From the IMG/VR virus record IMGVR_UViG_3300031774_000002: a stretch of 64,000 nucleotides of DNA; one strand, given 5' to 3'. A program made the position numbers and the translations under genes. The stretch comes from an uncultured virus (IMG/VR IMGVR_UViG_3300031774_000002) (lineage: Duplodnaviria; Heunggongvirae; Uroviricota; Caudoviricetes). Of the stretch, positions 52,559 through 61,598 are shown one piece after another. The stretch's first letter is position 1. The number at the start of each line of letters is the position of its first letter. A model generated the notes under the pieces. It was given only the letters and a program-made list of their open reading frames with translations, searched no databases and was not told where the DNA came from.

Positions 52559-53304
52559 TGTATTTCCTCATAATATTTTTTTATCCAAGGATATTTGATA
52601 GAATAATCTTTAAGAGATGGGTCTCGTGGTCCAGGACACATAACAATCTTACAACCTTTCGGCAGATCAATGCGACCTTGTTCATCAAAGTCTTGACGCA
52701 AATCCCAGATTCCTGGACCAAGTGAACCTTGTTGCCAGCACGCCAACTCTTCAAAGTTGCCGATTATAGCATTTGTTATCCCTTGATCTGTTCCTGCTCC
52801 TTTACGATTATCTATAAACTTTTCTGGCTCACTATCGAATGCTTTCCATAAAGGATCAAAAGCGTCTGTATTAAGGAAGAACATTCCATTGTTCATTCTC
52901 CAACCTCTACCATCACCACCTCTCATCTTATAGTAAATAAATGGTTGGCTGATATCAAACAATGATGTTATATTATCTGTTATGACCATATCCAAATCCA
53001 TAGAAACAAATGGAGCATGAGCATCGCAAAACTCTTTACTAAACATAAACAGTCTGTGGTAACAACCACCTCTATGGAAATGTTTTGTGAATGTTGGAAA
53101 TAGTGGTCTTTGTTCTATTTCAGAAGGCAATCCATCTAATATTTCATCTGTATAAAACACATATTTAAACTCACCGCTTATCCATTTATTACACATATTG
53201 AAATGTCTGATTACATGCTCTTTGCCATAACATATAATGTCTTGTGATGGTATTGTCTCACCACTACTCTGCTTGTTCCACTTCATTGCGATTATTGTTA
53301 ACAT
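52555..53304 (-). CDS. GT-A glycosyltransferase-like protein
   Basis: IAMKW, FYTD, MDLDMVI, GTDQ, G..DP. Confidence 0.75.
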   Translation of the reverse strand: MLTIIAMKWNKQSSGETIPSQDIICYGKEHVIRHFNMCNKWISGEFKYVFYTDEILDGLPSEIEQRPLFPTFTKHFHRGGCYHRLFMFSKEFCDAHAPFVSMDLDMVITDNITSLFDISQPFIYYKMRGGDGRGWRMNNGMFFLNTDAFDPLWKAFDSEPEKFIDNRKGAGTDQGITNAIIGNFEELACWQQGSLGPGIWDLRQDFDEQGRIDLPKGCKIVMCPGPRDPSLKDYSIKYPWIKKYYEEIQ

Positions 53305-54020
53305 CTTGATCTCATATCGTTAAAACGATTTACATAGTAATTTTTTCTAGAAACATATTTTGGGTTGTCATACTTTCTTGGACCTTTACCTGTCCAAATA
53401 CATGTCCCTTCTTCAAACTCCCAGTCCATAAACTGATTATCAAACTTAGTTATAAAATTTTCTGGCACTTGATTAAATATGTGTGATAAAGCTATTTGAT
53501 CTACAAACCACCTCAGTTGCATACCACCAATTGTTTGTTGTATTGCTTGTGCTACATTTAAAGCATCGCTGGTCAAGTATACTGCTCCAGCTGCAACTTT
53601 CATTTCTTCGCTTTGTTCATTTGGTCTTGGGAAATAAGCACAAGGTGTCTCAGGGAAGTCAAACTCTTTCATTATTAAACAATCAATATCTAAGACAAGA
53701 ACTTCTTTAGCTGAAGAAAGTATTTCAGGTAAGGCAATAAAACGCAGACATGCATAGTATGCTCTTTCACTCTCGCTGTCTAGAGGTGTCACATCTCTGT
53801 CTTCAAATGAATATGTGATATCTCCATCTACCAATTTATTAATAAGAGAGGATAGTGAATGAACTTCTTCTGTCGGATTTACCACATGTATGTGTGTTTT
53901 AAAACCAGCCTCACAAGATGACATGATAAACGGCACTGAGTGATCCATGAAATATTTACTATCACATGCAGCAAAAACAACTGAGTTGCTAGGCTTATCG
54001 CCATACATAATATCTTTCAT
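53298..54020 (-). CDS. Nucleotide-diphospho-sugar transferase-like protein
   Basis: YYACLRF, LVLDID, AAGAV, WFVDQIAL, IWTGKG.RK. Confidence 0.7.
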   Translation of the reverse strand: MKDIMYGDKPSNSVVFAACDSKYFMDHSVPFIMSSCEAGFKTHIHVVNPTEEVHSLSSLINKLVDGDITYSFEDRDVTPLDSESERAYYACLRFIALPEILSSAKEVLVLDIDCLIMKEFDFPETPCAYFPRPNEQSEEMKVAAGAVYLTSDALNVAQAIQQTIGGMQLRWFVDQIALSHIFNQVPENFITKFDNQFMDWEFEEGTCIWTGKGPRKYDNPKYVSRKNYYVNRFNDMRSRC

Positions 54021-54031
54021 AACAAACCTTA

Positions 54032-54532
54032 TTATATATTTAAGTCTTTTTTCTTCACTTTATAAGGAACACCAGAGACTCTAATTTCTTCTTCGTCTTT
54101 ATAATCTTCCTTTAGTTGACTAACATGCTTAGTGTGTATCTTACATCCAATAAACTCATTGTAATAATCATCTCTCAACAAAACATCATTATCGAATTGA
54201 TACTTCGCTTCAAAATATGAGCATTCACCTTTTGTTCTACATAACTTTAGTATTTCTCTTCTGAATACTGTTCCGTTCTCAACAAGCAACTTTACTTGTT
54301 CACTAGACCCATGATATGTTTGCCAGTCTGATTGTACTTTAGTTTTAACTTTTCGTTTTCTTGTTTTGGTTTTTGGCAAAGTCTTTGGTTTCCAAAAAAA
54401 CTTTTTACCAATGTATGAGATTCCACTATCAAGTTCTGTTACTCGATAGCAGAATCCAACCCACTCTTTGAGATCTTCTTCACTGGGGTCAAATGGTCTT
54501 CCTTTATAGACCCATGGAATTATACTACTCAA
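54032..54532 (-). CDS. Seg-like GIY-YIG family protein
   Basis: GFCY.VT......YIGKK, SDWQTYHGS, FRREIL, YYN. Confidence 0.8.
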   Translation of the reverse strand: MSSIIPWVYKGRPFDPSEEDLKEWVGFCYRVTELDSGISYIGKKFFWKPKTLPKTKTRKRKVKTKVQSDWQTYHGSSEQVKLLVENGTVFRREILKLCRTKGECSYFEAKYQFDNDVLLRDDYYNEFIGCKIHTKHVSQLKEDYKDEEEIRVSGVPYKVKKKDLNI

Positions 54533-54725
54533 AGTCTAACTCGTCAAGCTCATCAAAACCAACATCATCTTCTTCAATGTTAGATATTGACATTTCAGAA
54601 CCACAATAAGGACAATATTGTGGTGGATCATTTACATCATTTTCATCAGCTATCCTTATTAGCTGATAGTGTGCACCGCAATCATCACACTTAATTTCTA
54701 TAATTGTATCTTTATCTTCCATCAT
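54525..54725 (-). CDS. Small zinc-ribbon protein
   Basis: CDDC...CPYC and acidic tail. Confidence 0.7.
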   Translation of the reverse strand: MMEDKDTIIEIKCDDCGAHYQLIRIADENDVNDPPQYCPYCGSEMSISNIEEDDVGFDELDELDFE

Positions 54726-55924
54726 GCTGCTCCGTAAGCATTTTCCCAGTTGCCAGTTAATCCTGCAACTTCATATTCAGTAACACGGTTCTCAAAGAAG
54801 TTTGTATGGTCTGCCCCATTCAATACCCACTCTAACCATGGGAGCGGATTTTCTTTGACTTTGAAGTTTGTTTTCAGTCCAAGCTGTAACAATCTTCTGT
54901 CTGTTATATAGCGGATATACTGTTTAACCTCTGATGAATCAAGCCCTTCAACCTCACCCATCTTGTACGCTAGATCAATAAATTTATCTTCCAGCTTCAC
55001 AGCTTGTCTTGCTATTTCATATATATCTTTCTTAAAATCTTCGTCTACAATACGCGGATGCTCTGCGCAAAATGCTTTGAATAATTTAGCATTACCTTCA
55101 ACATGGATAGACTCATCTCGTATTGACCACTCAACAACTTTACCCATACCTTTCATCTTTCCAAACCGCTGAAAGTTTAATAACATAACAAATGAAGCAA
55201 ATAAAGCAACACCTTCATTAAATACAGACTTTGCTATTGACAGACCAAGACCACGCATGGTTGATGGATCAGCATCCATCATAAAATCAATCTTGTCTGC
55301 CATTTCACTGTACTCTAAGAATGCATGGTATTCACTATCTGAAAGACCAAGAGTCTCGTTTAATAATGCATATGCTCTTTGATGAATGCCCTCTCGTGCA
55401 GCAAATGATCCAAGCATATTACGAACTTCATTGTTCTTAAATTTAGGAACAAAGTTATCATAGTAATTTTGTCCAACTGCAACATCTGATTGAGTAAACA
55501 ATCTAAGTATATTTGTGATGTAATCTTTCTCGACTTCAGTAATCTTTCCACCTTTCCAATCAGTAACATCTTCAGACAAATCAATCTCATCTTCAATCCA
55601 GTGTGCTTTCTCATGTCTTGTAGTAATTTCTACAGCCCATGGATAGTGAAATGGTTTGTATGTTTCAGAAAACTCAAGCAAACCTCCAACTTTCTTAACA
55701 AGAGTATCTGCGATCTTCATAAGATCATCATATGTCCCAATGTGTTTATCATCAATAAAGATCTGAGGAACAGATCTTGCATTTGGTAGTTTTTGATAAA
55801 ACGCCAAACGCTGTTCATTATTATCTAACTTCACTTCACGAACAGGATAACCATGTGTTTCAAACCAATACTTTGCCTTAACACAAAATGGGCAATTGCT
55901 TTTGCTGTATATTAATACATCCAA
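54722..55924 (-). CDS. nrdB: Class I ribonucleotide reductase beta subunit with N-terminal glutaredoxin fusion
   Basis: N-terminal CPFC..SVPQIF; FTQSD, EGIH..AY, NEG, RDESIH, NFFE. Confidence 0.95.
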   Translation of the reverse strand: MDVLIYSKSNCPFCVKAKYWFETHGYPVREVKLDNNEQRLAFYQKLPNARSVPQIFIDDKHIGTYDDLMKIADTLVKKVGGLLEFSETYKPFHYPWAVEITTRHEKAHWIEDEIDLSEDVTDWKGGKITEVEKDYITNILRLFTQSDVAVGQNYYDNFVPKFKNNEVRNMLGSFAAREGIHQRAYALLNETLGLSDSEYHAFLEYSEMADKIDFMMDADPSTMRGLGLSIAKSVFNEGVALFASFVMLLNFQRFGKMKGMGKVVEWSIRDESIHVEGNAKLFKAFCAEHPRIVDEDFKKDIYEIARQAVKLEDKFIDLAYKMGEVEGLDSSEVKQYIRYITDRRLLQLGLKTNFKVKENPLPWLEWVLNGADHTNFFENRVTEYEVAGLTGNWENAYGAA

Positions 55925-55934
55925 TTTTATTCTC

Positions 55935-57716
55935 CTAGCCTTGACATGCTACACACTCATCTTGAGTGTCAGCTTTGTTTTCGTTAAATTCTGATAATCT
56001 ATCTCTTGCTATTTTCTGTGAGACATTCTCAGCCTTATTTGATGTTTCTGTTCTTAGATAATATAAACCTTTTGCTCCATAAAGCCATGCATTGTAATGT
56101 ACTTTATGTAGGTATTCTTTAGTAGCACCTGCTGGGAAAAAGATGTTTAGTGATTGCCCTTGACAGAGCCACTTTTGTCTATCGCCAGCTTGCTTCACCA
56201 CAATATCTTGATCTATCTCAATAGCAGTTTTAAATACAGACTTCATATGTTTAGAAAGAAAATCTAAATGTTGAACTGAACCACCGCTTGTAATAATTGA
56301 AGACCAAACTTCATCAGTATTCATTCCAAGTATTTTTAATTCTTCTTCAAGGTATTTGTTTTTAGTTAAGTGTGAGCCAGCTCTTGTGCGTGATGTAAAT
56401 GCATTTGCTTTCCATGGCTCGATAGATGGAGATGTTCCACCTATCAAAGAGCTATTAGCATTTGGTGCAATGGCAAGTAGATGTGCATTTCTTTTGCCTG
56501 AACCAATCATGTCTGGTGCTTCACCTCGTTCTTCACCCATTAAGAGTGTTTCTTCTTCTGCTCGCTCTTTGATGTCTCTGAAGATTTCTCTATTTCTTGA
56601 CATCGCAGTTTCAGATTCAAATTCAATCCTGTGCTTCTGGAGATATGCATGATATCCCATCGCTCCAAGACCAAGCGATCGCTCCCGCATAGCAGAGAAT
56701 CTTGCTCTTTCGATTTCTGATCCTGCGTGGTCGATAAAGAACTGCAAGACATTATCGAGAAAACGGATAACATCAGCAACAACTGTTGTATCTTTCCATT
56801 CATCATATTTCTCCAAGTTTAGTGAAGATAGACAGCATACAGCACTGCGTTCTTCATTTGTTACTAGGTGTATCTCATTACATAAGTTTGAACCATGAAT
56901 CTTAAGACCCAAATCTTTTTGTTGTTGTGGCAATGCATTGTTTGCTGTATCAATAAAGTTTAGATATGGCTCGCCAGTTCTGTAGCGTGTTTCTAAAATA
57001 AGTTCCCACAACTTTCTTGCTTTAATAGTATCACGGACACTATCTTCATTTGGATCTTTTAAATCCCAATCTTCATTATTCTCCACAGCTTCCATAAAGG
57101 CATCAGTAAGATTCACAGCATGGTGTAGATTTAAACACTTGCGATTCACATCACCAGTTGGTATTCGCATGTTTATAAACTCTACAATATCTGGATGAGA
57201 GATGTCCATATAGGAAGCGTATGAGCCTTTACGAGTCTTTCCTTGTCTATAGGCAGTCATATCACTATCTACAGTGTGTAAAAATGGCATTGGTCCAGGA
57301 GCTACATCTGAAACAGATCTAACATCTGACCAATGTCCACCAACGCCACCACCTTTAACTGACAACCAACGCAACTCAGCAGTGTGGTCTATAAGCCCTT
57401 CTAATGTATCTGGGACATATGTCAAGAAACAAGAGATGGGTAATGATTTAACTTTTTCTCCTTTGATTGGTGCATTAGAAAGGATGGGTGAAGAAAACAT
57501 AAACCATCCGTCAGAGACAGCATTGTAAATTCTTTGTGCTAATTTTTTATCTCCTGCTGAAAAGGCAACTGCAGCTCGAGCAAATGCTTCTTGGGGGGTG
57601 GTTTCATTACTTCTACAATAATAATCTTTCAAAAGTTTGACAGCTTGTTCTGTCATGTTCTTGTCTTTGCTGGGGTCAATCTTAACTCCCAAATGATTTC
57701 TGGGTAAACCAAACAT
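55935..57716 (-). CDS. nrdA: Class I ribonucleotide reductase alpha subunit (no ATP cone evident)
   Basis: PISCF, SNLCNEI, AIAPNA, LYY.R, C-terminal ECVACQG. Confidence 0.96.
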   Translation of the reverse strand: MFGLPRNHLGVKIDPSKDKNMTEQAVKLLKDYYCRSNETTPQEAFARAAVAFSAGDKKLAQRIYNAVSDGWFMFSSPILSNAPIKGEKVKSLPISCFLTYVPDTLEGLIDHTAELRWLSVKGGGVGGHWSDVRSVSDVAPGPMPFLHTVDSDMTAYRQGKTRKGSYASYMDISHPDIVEFINMRIPTGDVNRKCLNLHHAVNLTDAFMEAVENNEDWDLKDPNEDSVRDTIKARKLWELILETRYRTGEPYLNFIDTANNALPQQQKDLGLKIHGSNLCNEIHLVTNEERSAVCCLSSLNLEKYDEWKDTTVVADVIRFLDNVLQFFIDHAGSEIERARFSAMRERSLGLGAMGYHAYLQKHRIEFESETAMSRNREIFRDIKERAEEETLLMGEERGEAPDMIGSGKRNAHLLAIAPNANSSLIGGTSPSIEPWKANAFTSRTRAGSHLTKNKYLEEELKILGMNTDEVWSSIITSGGSVQHLDFLSKHMKSVFKTAIEIDQDIVVKQAGDRQKWLCQGQSLNIFFPAGATKEYLHKVHYNAWLYGAKGLYYLRTETSNKAENVSQKIARDRLSEFNENKADTQDECVACQG

Positions 57717-57727
57717 GTTATATAACC

Positions 57728-58405
57728 TTATTGTTGTTCTATTAGTGAATTGGTCATGGGGAATATTTCAGCTATTGCGCATGCGCACTCGCGAGCAATT
57801 TCCATGTGTTCTTTTTGTGTTCCATTAGCTGCACGCAAGTCAATATAATGTATCCAGCTTCTCAATGTACCATTCATATATAGTCTTGTTTTAGTAAGAC
57901 CTTCTGGCAAAACAGCTCTTGCTTGTTCTTTAGCTATACCATTATTAATAGCCCAATGATATGCATCTTGAGCAGAATTGATAACTCTTTTTTGTTTAGC
58001 ATACCACTCTCGTTTTAAATGTTCATCTTCAGTCTCAACGCTATTCTGTCTATTCTTATCGTCTTGTAATCTTGCATCACGAATAACAAACGGATATCCC
58101 ATTTCTTCAGGCTGTGCATATCTTTGACTAAACTCTTGAAAAGAGAATGAACGATGTCGCACTATTTGATGTGCAATATCTCTTGTTGTGTCTATCATCA
58201 GGCAAGCGTTGACCATCTCTAATGGCGACCAGTGTTGGTGCTTGATTAGATATTTGACTAACTTTTCTGATGTTTCACTATTAAGCTGATTGGAAGGATT
58301 AGATACCCTCGCACAATAAGCAATCATTTCTAATAGGTCTGGATTCTCATTATCACCAAACAATCCATCTACTGCTGCCGAATATGACACTAACTTTACA
58401 TTCAT
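57728..58405 (-). CDS. thyX: Flavin-dependent thymidylate synthase
   Basis: HWSPLE, RHRSFSFQEFSQRY, EQARAVLP, TQKEH. Confidence 0.97.
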   Translation of the reverse strand: MNVKLVSYSAAVDGLFGDNENPDLLEMIAYCARVSNPSNQLNSETSEKLVKYLIKHQHWSPLEMVNACLMIDTTRDIAHQIVRHRSFSFQEFSQRYAQPEEMGYPFVIRDARLQDDKNRQNSVETEDEHLKREWYAKQKRVINSAQDAYHWAINNGIAKEQARAVLPEGLTKTRLYMNGTLRSWIHYIDLRAANGTQKEHMEIARECACAIAEIFPMTNSLIEQQ

Positions 58406-59424
58406 TAAACTCTTCTCCACTCACTCAATTTTACCTTCGCAGATAATCCCTTAAAGGTGTTAATACTTATAATCTTTCGGATTTCATCGACACACTTACC
58501 AGAAAGTACCATGTCATTTATATCTTTTTCTTTTGTGCCATTTGGAAACAAAGCAATAGAATGTTTTTGTTCTATCGTTTTTTCAATACGCTTGACAATC
58601 TCTTTACTTCGTGGCTCATTATCATAGATAAAAATGAACTCAGCTTTGAATGAATCTAAGCCACTCACATCTGCACCTGCCATAGCAATTGCGTTATCAA
58701 TAAACATACTATCAATTGGACCTTCGACTACATAGACAGGTTTGCGAAAATCAACTGTATCTAATCCAAATATCTTTGGCGACTGTTCATCAAGCATTAT
58801 TGTGACATACTTTAACTTTGAATCACCTAATGCCCTTCCTTGAAAGCCAATCAGATTATCAGACTTATCAATAAATGGTATGACTATTCTTGGTTCGTCT
58901 TTTTGAATGTTAGGTATCTTACCTTTCTCACATTCATTAACAAACTCATAGAATTTAGGAGCATAAAAAAGTTTGTAGTGGTAATTTGTTGGTATTCCGC
59001 GACTCTGGATATATTGTTTCGCGATATGATCTTCTGGAAGCTGAGATATTTTCTTCAACTTACCAAGAGGTGTCTTCATATAATTTGCTTTTTTCTTTAG
59101 ACGAAACTCTGTCTTTGTTTTGACTGCAGTGTTTGATGACTTGTGATTGCCGTCTTTGAATCGCTCCATGATGTATTGTTTGTGTAGCTGTGGATTAACA
59201 TGCTTGATAAGGTTGCTAATACTCGCACCCTTTCCACAGTTATGACATTTATATATGTAACTGCTTTCTCGAACAAAGACATATCCACGAGCCTTATTCA
59301 GATTCGTCTGAGAGTCCATGCAATAAGGGCATCGGAAGTTGTATAGGTTATCATTCTTCCGCTTGAATTGATCTAGCTGGGAAGATAGAAGATGAAGGTA
59401 TTTTGAATCAATATAATTACTCAT
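58405..59424 (-). CDS. gp61: DNA primase gp61
   Basis: FRCPYC.DS...ARG, YKCHNC, QGR, VEGPIDS, YDNEPR, KDINDM. Confidence 0.95.
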   Translation of the reverse strand: MSNYIDSKYLHLLSSQLDQFKRKNDNLYNFRCPYCMDSQTNLNKARGYVFVRESSYIYKCHNCGKGASISNLIKHVNPQLHKQYIMERFKDGNHKSSNTAVKTKTEFRLKKKANYMKTPLGKLKKISQLPEDHIAKQYIQSRGIPTNYHYKLFYAPKFYEFVNECEKGKIPNIQKDEPRIVIPFIDKSDNLIGFQGRALGDSKLKYVTIMLDEQSPKIFGLDTVDFRKPVYVVEGPIDSMFIDNAIAMAGADVSGLDSFKAEFIFIYDNEPRSKEIVKRIEKTIEQKHSIALFPNGTKEKDINDMVLSGKCVDEIRKIISINTFKGLSAKVKLSEWRRV

Positions 59425-59430
59425 CCAATC

Positions 59431-59459
59431 ATTATACAATAAAAGCTCACAAAAGACAA
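59431..59459 (-). promoter_or_regulatory. Sigma70-like promoter immediately upstream of primase
   Basis: TTGTCT-17-TATAAT. Confidence 0.65.
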
Positions 59460-59465
59460 GTTATA

Positions 59466-59834
59466 TTACATGTGTTGCTGGACGAATGGTATGAATAAGG
59501 TGATGGCAAATGCGATTAGTGTGAATCCACCTGCAGCCTGCCATTTCCACTGCTCGAGTTTGCCGACTCTGTTGGACATCTCTTTGGCATGTTCGCGTTG
59601 TTCTTCTTTCATTTCGCGAATCTCGTGAACAATCTCTTTATGTGACTCCGAGAGTTCTTTCTGTAATTCTTCTCTCAAGTCGCCTATCCTTTTGTGCAAA
59701 ATATCAACCTGCTCTCTTGCTTCTTTTCTTCGTTCTTCGAGTAAAGTAAATAAATCCATGTTAATCGCAATTCTCGGTGGTATCTCTTCTTTTTCAAAAA
59801 CAATATTTGTTTGTGGTTGATTAATGTTAGCCAT
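59466..59834 (-). CDS. Coiled-coil protein with C-terminal transmembrane helix
   Basis: Heptad region ending RVGKLEQWKW, then a hydrophobic helix. Confidence 0.7.
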   Translation of the reverse strand: MANINQPQTNIVFEKEEIPPRIAINMDLFTLLEERRKEAREQVDILHKRIGDLREELQKELSESHKEIVHEIREMKEEQREHAKEMSNRVGKLEQWKWQAAGGFTLIAFAITLFIPFVQQHM

Positions 59835-59849
59835 AAGATAGATTACTTT

Positions 59850-60149
59850 TTAGTCTGAATCTTTATTTATATTTTTTGTGATATGCTCTGCAATCTCTTT
59901 GGCTTGCATTGAATATAATACGCCCAAGTCTTCCTCTAAAGCGTCCAAACGATCAGCTATTAGTGGATATTGTTTTCGGAACTTGGCGTCTTTCTTAGCT
60001 AATTCAATATCATACTTGATAGCGAGATATTGCATAAAAGCATCAACATGTTTCTGGAACCAGATACCTATCTTTGTTCCTTGAAACCAATTATAAAAAG
60101 AACTACCAATAATAGAACCTAAAATAGATTTAAGTATAAACCAATACAT
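59850..60149 (-). CDS. Hypothetical membrane-associated protein
   Basis: MYWFILKSILGSIIGSSFY; start reassigned to ATG 60149. Confidence 0.65.
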   Translation of the reverse strand: MYWFILKSILGSIIGSSFYNWFQGTKIGIWFQKHVDAFMQYLAIKYDIELAKKDAKFRKQYPLIADRLDALEEDLGVLYSMQAKEIAEHITKNINKDSD

Positions 60150-60150
60150 G

Positions 60151-60885
60151 TTATTCGTCAACCTCATCTTTTAATGTTTCACAAATAATAACATAATTTT
60201 GCATTCCATGATCAGTCAAGGAATCAAAAATCTTTCCTTCTTTCCAACCAGCCCAAACTCCACGAAAGAAATCTTTCCAGCGTTGCCAATATGTTGGATC
60301 GCGTTCAGCACCATAAGCATTAAAGTATCTTTCTTCACCGCAATGAACAAACCCCATAATCTTCAAAGGGACTTTAGTAACAATATCATTGTTGTTCACA
60401 AAGCGATGATGTTTACAATTTAACTCTTTAACAAATTGTTTACCACCAACTCTAGGAGATCCAAATGTATATAAACACTTAGCATCTATTCTAGTAGCGA
60501 GGATTGTTGCCATTGCACCACCAAGAGAGTGACCAGTTATATAAATTGTTTTTGGTTTTTTCAGAGAAGAATTGTTTTTTAATTCTTTACATATTGCAGG
60601 ATAAACCTCGTTTATTTCTTCTTGGAAACCAGAATGAACTTTTCCACCAGCAACAGCTTTATTTTTAGTTATCTTTAAATCAGCTGCAATGTCATTAAAT
60701 TTTGTTGGTTCTGTGCCACGAAAAGCAAACCAAATATCTGTGCTATTCTTTGCTACAAGAACTTGCGCACCATTTTTATCTATAAGTTTAGAGCTGAAAC
60801 CTCTTAATTTACACACATCCTTTAATGCGTCTCCCTCATAATATGCCACATTTGATAAGAATGCAGCTTTCTGGTAATTATTCAT
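60151..60885 (-). CDS. Class 3 lipase (alpha/beta hydrolase)
   Basis: AFRGTE, VHSGF, ITGHSLGGA, YTFGSPRVG, NNNDIVTKVP, DH. Confidence 0.92.
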   Translation of the reverse strand: MNNYQKAAFLSNVAYYEGDALKDVCKLRGFSSKLIDKNGAQVLVAKNSTDIWFAFRGTEPTKFNDIAADLKITKNKAVAGGKVHSGFQEEINEVYPAICKELKNNSSLKKPKTIYITGHSLGGAMATILATRIDAKCLYTFGSPRVGGKQFVKELNCKHHRFVNNNDIVTKVPLKIMGFVHCGEERYFNAYGAERDPTYWQRWKDFFRGVWAGWKEGKIFDSLTDHGMQNYVIICETLKDEVDE

Positions 60886-61273
60886 TTGTTTCTTTTTCCG
60901 TTGTTGGTGTTGGTTCAGGCTTAACCGAATCCTCGTAATAAACAATTATTTCCTTTTGTTGTAATATATAGCGTCTAAGGTCAGCAAGGTTTAAACTAAT
61001 GTTTTCATAACCTCTTACTGATATAGCCATAAAAACTATATCTGCGTTATCTTTTTCGAATCTTTCTAAAAATTCATCCATATTTCTTTCAGTAACAACA
61101 TACCATTCAACATCTGCGAGATCTAATTGTTTGGGTCTTTCAACAATAGGTATTGTTGGTTTAACAATCTTTGTTACTGTAACTATCTCTGGTTCTGGTT
61201 GTCTGCTTATTAAACTACAACTACTTAGCAGTATCAGACTCGAGATCATCAAATATTTTGACAGTTCCATCAT
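60878..61273 (-). CDS. Lipoprotein, o-spanin candidate
   Basis: Lipobox LLSSC and Pro-rich linker; 5' end overlaps the i-spanin candidate; true start may be ATG 61249. Confidence 0.75.
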   Translation of the reverse strand: MMELSKYLMISSLILLSSCSLISRQPEPEIVTVTKIVKPTIPIVERPKQLDLADVEWYVVTERNMDEFLERFEKDNADIVFMAISVRGYENISLNLADLRRYILQQKEIIVYYEDSVKPEPTPTTEKETNE

Positions 61274-61598
61274 TTATTCTCTTTTCGATTAATCCAGGTT
61301 TTCTCAAACTCAATAATGTTAAATTATGTTTCTTAAACTTTTTCAATAAATCATCAGAGTATGCTTCTGCTTCCTGAAGATTCTTCATTAAATCTTTAGT
61401 CAACTCTGCTTGAACAGCAGCAGTCTCTTCTAATTGACTTATTGTAGCTTGTTGCTCTTCAGCTGCAGCTTTCAATGTTGCATTGTTTTCTGCGAGCTGT
61501 TGTATTCTTGCTTGCGTGTCATTGTAATAACTCTTAGCACCATAACCAACACCACCAAGAATTGCAATTATCGCGATTGCTGCATATAATTTAATCAA
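61221..61598 (-). CDS. i-spanin candidate
   Basis: N-terminal TM helix plus long coiled coil. Confidence 0.75.
   Translation of the reverse strand: MIKLYAAIAIIAILGGVGYGAKSYYNDTQARIQQLAENNATLKAAAEEQQATISQLEETAAVQAELTKDLMKNLQEAEAYSDDLLKKFKKHNLTLLSLRKPGLIEKRINDGTVKIFDDLESDTAK

Noticed and set aside
54032..57716. Intron or intein in nrdA/nrdB with a homing endonuclease
   Set aside because: nrdA and nrdB frames are continuous and compact; the GIY-YIG-like gene is free-standing.
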